From Octopus sinensis (lineage: Eukaryota), in the NCBI RefSeq assembly GCF_006345805.1, contig NW_021835708.1, positions 1 through 38,245 of the forward strand: a DNA stretch of 38,245 nucleotides, given 5' to 3'. The position numbers were made by a program, and so were the translations under genes. The notes under the pieces are model-generated. The model was not told the origin of the DNA, did no database searches, and was given only the letters and a program-made list of their open reading frames with translations. Shown piece after piece: positions 30,923 through 38,245 of the stretch (positions are counted from its first letter, which is position 1; the number at the start of each line of letters is the position of its first letter).

Positions 30923-33753
30923 ATGGTTAAAAAGGTTGTGGCTTACTATTTTAATTACTCAATTGATGACTTTTTTGTACCCTTAGATCTCTCTTGTTGT
31001 CAAAAATGAATCAGTACGGATGGAATTCGCCGTCAAGGTCAATCAACTGGGGCGTAGTGTCGTAGAAATGGCATGTTCTTATTACACATTCCTAGGTCTG
31101 CTCTGCTTTCAACCTCCGTGAGCCATGGTACCTCACTCTCAGCTACCCACAAAAGAACGGAGAAAGCTACTACTACTTGCGAAAGTCAACCAAGGTCTAT
31201 TTAGTTGATAAAAGTGAATAGTTGTCCAAACAGCCTCTGGGAAAACTATCCGGGAATGTAGAATGCAATATATGCGTGTATTTGTACCCAGAAAACACTG
31301 TCACTGGTCTCATCACCCAGTCTATGATTGTAGTCCTTCACAGTTATAGCTAGGACTTATTTTACAACCATGTAAGACGTTTGGTTAGCGAAGGAGTGCT
31401 CTACATTCCTCCAGAGAGGTGTCTGGTGCTGTCCTCGATGGCAGTGCTGAATGACTACGGACTGTACAACTCACTGCGACACAGCGGGGAGTATGTTTCC
31501 GTGGAGAATTACATTCCCGAGAGGTTCTGGTTTGACGTCATTTCAGAATGTTTGAGCAGTACGACTTGCCCAGAAGTGCTTGGCAGAATAAACTGGTTTT
31601 GTTCCACCAGCAGATCAGCGACGATTAGTAGTTTTGCACTAACTTACGTGCAGTGTCCAGAACGAGCGACAAATAAACCCGGCAGCGGAGTACCTGAAGT
31701 ACTGCCAAGACGTAGACATGTTCGGAGTGGAGTACGTGCCCATCGCCAACAAGAACGGCACCAAAATGTATTTGGGACTCACTCCATATGGAATGCACGT
31801 GTATAACAACGACAACAAGTAGACAAGTCTGTGTATTGTAGAATTGACATTATTGCCACTTTTCCATACGGAGAAGTCAGGTCGGTCACTCGCAAGAACA
31901 GGCGAGTCAAGATTGTCTTCAGTGGGGGGACGTCCTCCGATTCGGTAAGAATGTTGGAGTAAGCAGACCTTCACAATATGGTTGGAGAATGCAGAGGACG
32001 GGACCATGTTGACTGACATGATCATGGAATACCGAACACTCTACATCCAGAACAGGAAGGACGACTCTGAATTTATCAAACTGCTTAAAAAACAGTCCTA
32101 TTCAGAAGAGGAGACTCTTCGCAGACAAAAGTAAGAATTCTTTGTGACTGTAGGGAAGTCATGGCACTCAAATACAAGGAGATTACGCAGATGGAGGATC
32201 GGGTCAGACTGATGAGTGCTCAATTGAGCAATTACGAGAATGGGGAGCAATCGGGTAGTGTGTCTCCAATATTCAGACTTATCTGAACTGGGGGACCAAA
32301 TCCAACGACTGTCTGAGCAACTCGAACAGATCACTCTCGAGAAGAGGGAGATGGAGTCTCAGTTGAGTCAGAAAATGACCGGAGACATGGATGCAACCAA
32401 TCGTATCCTGGAAGACAAGACAATGCAGATCGAGAGAATGTCCCTTCAATTGGAAAGAGCAAATGAGTTGTTGCGAGCACGTGAATATGGAGAACTGTGT
32501 GTGAAGTGAATATATTCTTTTAGTGATGTACAGACCCAAGTGATACAACAGGAAATGGAGAGGCAATTGACAGCAGGTGGGTCACTGCAGTCGTGTTGTA
32601 GAACAGAACGTATATGAATCCATTTGCCAGCAGCGAGACCAGTTGCAGGACAAACTCCGCCTCACTCTTGAGCGACAGAGCATAACGGAGAGGGAGAGGG
32701 AGGAGCAGTTGAGGTTGGAAGAGGAGTTGAGGGCGACTGAGCGGAATTTGACTAGCAGTATTCGTTCTGTCCCTCATTCTCAGAGTACGACGATGTCACT
32801 CCCCAAATCGACACTTTGTCGGTCAAACTACAACTTTTAATTGAAGAGAAGACAGAACTGGAGCGTCTTCTTAGGGACGTGACCAAATCTTCCTCCGTGG
32901 CCTCGGAAGTCCGTCTCATCATGGTTGTGGTCATGTCTGATTATTTTCTTAGGAACAAGACCTTGAAAAGAAGAGGGGTGAGGTGAATAGCATGCAGAGT
33001 CAGATCTCGGACTTGGAAGAAGAGTTGAAGCGAGCAAAGAGGCTGTTGGAGACCACAGAACAAGAAAGGTACAACACGCATGTGATTCCGAGGACTAAAA
33101 CTCGTTTAATGCAACAAGAGCAAATGAACCGAGATATGGAGGAGGCCTCTCGTCTTGAACTGGAGATAAATAGACAGGAGGAACGCATGTCCGAGGTTAG
33201 ACGAGAAAATGCACAGGAAATGGAGAAGAGGGCTCAATTGATGAATGATTTGGAGGAAAACAGAACCGCAATGCTCGAACAACTCAGAAATATTGATGGT
33301 ACTTTCAGTATTTCTCTAATTTAGAATCCGAGGCACCAAAATCATGTTCCTCTGCTGACATGATTGAGCAGAATTACGTCCAGTTAGAAGTTGCCCAAGT
33401 TGTAGCAGCAGAGGCTCCAATAAACCGCGTAGAGTCGGACGATGGTGATTGACTTGGGATATGTGTTTTAGTTGAGGTTGTATTTGACGTGGAGGCAGTT
33501 TCTAATCTCCCTCGGTATGAACAAGATAGAGAACCAGCCCAGATAATGGTCAATCGGGAAATGGAGGTTATAACTGTTTAACATTTAGAACTTTGCTTCT
33601 CTCCTGGAAAGGACTAAGATTGGAAGCAAGGAGACTACTAATGACGTGATTTATCGGGCAAACATTCGCCAAGGACGAGACAAGTACAAAACTCTGCAGA
33701 TGATTCGTTCCAATAATACTCGCAAGCACATCGAAGCATTCGAGCTTCGTTAG
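30923..33753 (+). CDS. ERM-family protein (ezrin/radixin/moesin-like), about 19 exons, ~786 aa, divergently transcribed from EMG1
   Basis: FERM motifs MEFAVK, NLREPWY, LYPE, LYIPPE, EYLKYCQDVDMFGV, NKNGTKMYLG; long coiled coil; C-terminal NDVIYRANIRQGRDKYKTLQMIRSNNTRKHIEAFE. About 18 introns: the first is 52 nt and the rest 22-27 nt. One donor (~32924-32930) and one in-frame intron (33069-33092) are uncertain. Confidence 0.9.
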
Positions 33754-34319
33754 TTAGTTTTCATTTACGGACTTTCTTAATAAACTAATCAATTTCTGAA
33801 GTAATGTGACAGAACAAGGAGTGTTCCAATTCATAACAGGTGATCTTGTGATAATCAACAATGGTGGCCGATTTTCTCAGTGTTAGTGATAGATCATTTA
33901 ATCTATACCATTTTCAGTTCAATTCTGACAATGCGATATTCAAATTTGACACTTTTGCATTAGTTTTGACATTTTTATGTTAATTTTGACCTGCCGATTT
34001 GTCATTTATTTTATATTTTCTGATAGGCTGTTCTTGTACGAATTTTTCATTTGAGAGTCTTGAAATAAATCGACTAGAGGCTGTTATTAATGAAATAATT
34101 TTTTTTGCAAAAAATATACAAAGAAGAAAAGTTTAATTTAGATTAGTCACCGAGCTGATGGACAGGAAATTTCCACGTAATACCGCGAGCGATATCCGTT
34201 AAAAAAGCCAGTGGGACTAAGCAACAAGTGTCGACTATAAAAGCATACTTTGCAATTTTCTTACTTGCCAAGTTTGGTTTGACACAGTTTTGCCACGTTT
34301 GGTTGCTAATTGAGTGTCT

Positions 34320-34830
34320 TGAAGCTTTAGGATGATACTGATTTCGTCTTAATTTTTAAATTTTGTATGTATTTCCATGAGTTTAATCCTGTGAACTGAA
34401 TCGAATGGTCTGGACATGTCAATTCCGAGTATTTCGGTGCATTGTTTGTATTTTTGACATAAGACGACTGTTCATCTATGATAACATCAGCAGTGGATCT
34501 TTCAGTTCTGAACCCACTTTGCCTCGACAAAAGAAAATTTTCCACTTTAGTTCTTGTCCTCTTTAATGATCAGCGACAGTACTTTTCGGAGCGTCGCTAG
34601 TAGGATAATAGGTTTTAATTTGGGTAGGGGATCTTTTTGTTTTCAGAGTTTCTGCAGTAGAAACTGTCAGATGTCCCTATTCGTCATCACCCAAAAAAGA
34701 TTTAAATAAAATCGGGTATGTTCTGCTGCCTAATTATATGGATCATTGATATACAGGTTACGATTATGAAATCCCATGACCCGACCGGTTTAAAAAAACC
34801 CTCCAAACTTCTTCACCATTATTAACCCTG
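34320..34830 (-). mobile_element. Degraded RT fragment of an RTE-like LINE (related to the 9.4-kb element)
   Basis: LKPIILLATLRKVLSLII, VENFLLSRQSGFRTERSTADVI; compare LLNTLRKLL...VDNYLSPSHSGFRTGRSTADAV. Confidence 0.7.
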
Positions 34831-35079
34831 AGTATTCGGTCGGTAAAAACCATTGATGGCTTAAAAATATTTGCTATTCTCTTTTATCTGTCTGTCTTCT
34901 AACTAAAGCTTATACAGTTCGCCGTAGAAGAGGGAAAGTTCAAAACTGCACAAGAAAAATTTTAAATTCTGGAAACTTTAACCGGGACGGAGGCAAAGGG
35001 AGAAGAAATCATACTTAAATGGGTAGATGGAGCCTTTGTTCATACTGAGGAAGTCCTGGAGGTTTTACGCCAGCAGCTA

Positions 35080-36085
35080 GCAGTGATTCAGAAGGTGGAC
35101 CCTTCGTTAATGTTTCTTCGGGATATATTTGAGAAGTTGACTCTTAATTCCCGCTTGAAATATGTATTTGATGAACCCTTGTGCAGAGAAATAACCATAG
35201 AAGATACGATCGAAACAATCAGAGGTTGTAAGAATAATCCACATGGGTTTGACTTCATCCCCATGGGGGGCACCAGAATGCCTGGTTCGAATCCTTGGGA
35301 CAATGGTCATATCCCAGCTGACTGGAAACGGACAATCGTCCAAATGATCCCAAAACTTGGAAAACCAAATACGCAGAAAGCTATAGCTCAATTAGTCATA
35401 TCTGCACAACTTCGAAGATAATAGAACAAATTGTTTTCAATCGTTTATCGGCTTACGTTGAGCAAAATAATATACTCGTGGAAGAACAGTGGGATTTAGA
35501 CCTGGTAGATGAACCGGTCACTGTTTCTCGCTTCTTGAGAAAAAACTGTTTCGGGGCAAGCTCTATAAAGCTTGCCTAACGGCAGCTTTCTTGGATGTCT
35601 GCAAGGCTTTTGACAGTGTCTGACACTTTGGGTTGTTAGAGAAAGTGGCAAAATCGGGTGCTGGGCTGAAAATTGTCAGATGGCTATAGAGTTTTTTATG
35701 CGATAGAAAATAGTTCGTGAGTTGTGGAAATTAGCTATTGAAAGCCGCAAATCTGAGGAGAGGGATTCCCAAGGGATCAGTTATCAGCCCATTGCTTTTC
35801 GATATATTCCTGGCTGACGTCCCGAAATCGAATTTTATTACGAACAGACTGATTAGAAATCTGGTTAATGGTAAAGGCTTGAATCTCGCACGGGACAAAA
35901 GCACTATTTGTTGGATTTCGACGGTTCGTGACAAAAAACCGACTTTTAAGGATTATGGGAACCTGGTCGAAGAACCTACGCTATTTGAGAGTAACAGTAG
36001 ACACCACCGGATCCTTCAAACTACATGTGGACACAAAGCGTAAACAATGTGGAAGATCATTAAAAGGACTGAAGCGTTTTTCTTT
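35080..36085 (+). mobile_element. Degraded RT region of an APE-type LINE (Jockey/I/CR1-like)
   Basis: IPADWKRTIVQMIPKLGK, KIIEQIVFNRL, GFRPGR, FLDVCKAFDSV, GIPKGSVISPLLFDIF, LRYLRV, with many stops and frameshifts. Confidence 0.75.
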
Positions 36086-36199
36086 TTTCTTGATAGAATG
36101 TCAATTTTTTGTCATATAGACGGCCTTTTTGGCTTTCTTGAACCATCTTTTAGCAACGAATGTGCAATGTTTTTAATTCAGTTCGAGATTAAAGTCCGA

Positions 36200-37075
36200 T
36201 CATCAGGTGGATATTCGGGATTATTTTGAAACAAATGTGTCGACTTTCTTACTGAATTAATTGCGCGTAGCATCATTTGTAAGTAAATGTTCTACTGCCA
36301 ATTTTCCAAAAGAGTGTTTTTTGTTTTTTCTTTTAATCACATTCTGACGTAAATGAAGTTTAAATCGAGAGAAAGCAGCTTTGTGGTCATTCTATACAAG
36401 TGTGACTATATAATATCGTGAGTCCATCAGCATGCTTTTGAGATTATCAGATGATGTAATCAATTTGATTGTAAATAGGTACACTCTCTCCATTCTGATT
36501 CTGTCTGCCCCGCCACGTCGTCATATATCTTGCCGGATGTTTGAATGCCATGTTGCACAAAAAAAGATCACATGCACTGAAGAAGTCTATTAAAGCTGCG
36601 CCATTCAAGTTCTCTGTTCCTCTACTATGAGTTTCATAAAATTTTCATCTTTACGAGTGTTCCCACTTTTGTATTCCAGTCGCCTGCAAGGAAAGTGAGT
36701 GGAGAAGCGCATATATTGCCTATGGTCATGGCTAAATTCGAGTTGAAATTTTCAACTTCTTCAGGACGTGTTATTCATATAACTATTGTTAGTGCATATG
36801 CGTCAAAAGCGTTTTCCCCAGCATTAGCTGTAAAACTGATCCGCAGTTGTGAATTGAGTTGGCATAGCGCTTATTAATTGAAAATACATGTCCATAGGTC
36901 TAAATTCCCGTTTTAGTAAGATAATCCTATATGATCCAACAATATCATCTGAATCCTTGTTGAGCTTAGTTTCTTGAAGATAAGCTACTAAATCTCCACA
37001 ATGAATAAGGTCCTCAGACAATTGTGTTCCTTGTACTGAAGAAGAATTTCCTCTGAAATTAAACTTCATAAATAG
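36200..37075 (-). mobile_element. Degraded AP-endonuclease domain of an RTE-like LINE
   Basis: FNFRG...LQETK, FKHPARYMTTW, YNQIDYI, DSR...NDHK motifs. Confidence 0.7.
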
Positions 37076-37174
37076 GAACCCTCCAGGAAGTGTATTAAAC
37101 ATTAGTACAAGAGAAGGACGTCACCACCTCAACCAAAAAGATCTCCGCTAATATTCTCTCGTTAAAATGTAAAG

Positions 37175-37411
37175 GGAAACGTTTTAAGGACCTATTCATG
37201 TGAATCAAGGACATATTTCTTGTTCATTTTAACCAAAGTGCAAAAAATATTTTTGGCGGGAAGGTTTTAAGGACCTCGTTATTGAGGATATTCTTGATAT
37301 GTTAGATTGTTGGATGGAAGGTTTTTGGAAGACATCATTTTGTACATATTCCCATTAATAAAGGGGAAAGATTTTCTGAATTTATCTGTATTTTTCTAAT
37401 TTAAAGTTGGT
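37175..37411 (-). mobile_element. Diverged fragment of the same Helitron family (5' subterminal region)
   Basis: Aligns by eye with the 95-bp repeat unit and with 2685-2741 (aaggggaaagatttt...aatttatctgta...aagttggt). Confidence 0.7.
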
Positions 37412-37850
37412 TAAGGCATTCCTTGTCCACCAGGTTCCCGATGGAAGGGAGGGGGAGAGCTTTTAACCAGACACCGCTGCCTTCGCAGCGACCTGCACAA
37501 AGGCAAGCGACACGGTGTTGATTGGAGACAGGAAGGAGGCCTTCGAAAATTGCCTGAAAAGAGATTTCGTCCCATTGACGCTGTACAGATTGAGAATTAG
37601 GCAGCTTCGAACCAAACCGAGCCTCCCACCGACCACGGGCTGCAGAGTAATCTTCAGACAATTTCCGTTCGGGGAGGTTTCTAAGAATCTGAGAGAGTAC
37701 GAGAAGCATAGTGGGCGGATAGGAATGCGGGGAGGGCAAGATCGGAATAAGATCTCAAGGCAAGGCCGCCCAGCGCACAGGCAGGGATGCCTGAGTCCAG
37801 CCTGGATCGTCGAAAGCCAGATTGCAAAGAGAGCTCGTACCGAGCCATAC
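37412..37850 (-). mobile_element. Internal fragment of a CRE-like element (related to the 14.9-15.8 kb copy)
   Basis: ILRNLPERKLSED..., QRQWDEI, NQHRVACL, SGVWLKALPLPSIGNLVDKECL. Confidence 0.82.
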
Positions 37851-37895
37851 AATTTTATTATTAAGATTTAAAATAATATTAGTCACTCCTATAAC

Positions 37896-38245
37896 TTAGA
37901 ATTGTTCCAAATTAACTTCCGTTTTCTAGCTTTATGAAAAAAAGTACTTTTTTGGTAACACGCTTCTTCCGCTTAGGACGTGATTTGGATGGAGAACTCT
38001 CTTCCTGTCCCTTACAAAATAATATTAATATCACTAACATCTGGGAGGTCAAACACGTTTGAAACATGGGGAACATGTTCACTTGGTACTCTGTCGACGT
38101 CCTTCCCTTTCTCTCTTTTATTTGATTTTATCTTTGTCGGCATAAAATCGTCTGGATTGGCCAATTTCACTAAAAGTTTATGAAATATTAAATTACAGGA
38201 TGGCAGGACGGGATTCCCAGCCTCGCTCTAATTAAATAACACACA
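37896..38245 (-). CDS. Possible 3' end of an unidentified micro-intron gene running off the right edge
   Basis: AT-rich GT-AG segments of 27 nt (38170-38196), 24 or 28 nt (38011-38034/38038) and 22 nt (37926-37947) splice to an open frame ...KLANPDDFMPTKIK...SPSKSRPKRKKRVTKK|KTEVNLEQF*. No recognisable domain. Confidence 0.4.

Noticed and set aside
23433-33753. Functional clustering of Rho with ERM
   Set aside because: They act in one pathway but are separated by TEs and EMG1; proximity alone is not evidence.

Overview
AT-rich eukaryotic (animal) genomic DNA, not prokaryotic. It holds four clear host genes: an intronless forkhead gene, a Rho GTPase, EMG1/NEP1 and an elongated ERM (ezrin/radixin/moesin) gene. 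The 3' end of a possible fifth gene lies at the right edge. Almost all reconstructed introns are only 22-28 nt, which points (by inference) to a dicyemid mesozoan-like genome. The rest is dense transposon sequence. Bases 1-13.3 kb resolve into a nested pile built on a ~75-bp tandem repeat. Tc1-A (642-8699) contains a Helitron and a CRE-like retroelement, which itself contains a hAT. Tc1-B (8924-12745) contains a 5'-inverted RTE-like LINE, a CRE stub and a pogo/Tigger element, all inside its terminal repeats. The most notable items are: (1) a diversified group of CRE-like RLE retrotransposons with an N-terminal PHD finger (one 1004-aa ORF plus about seven fragments); (2) apparently length-defined micro-introns, also present inside transposase/integrase genes; (3) a Rho GTPase lacking the Rho insert helix; (4) a twin-priming structure in an RTE-like element. 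All translations, splice models and family assignments were made by eye; no database search was run.
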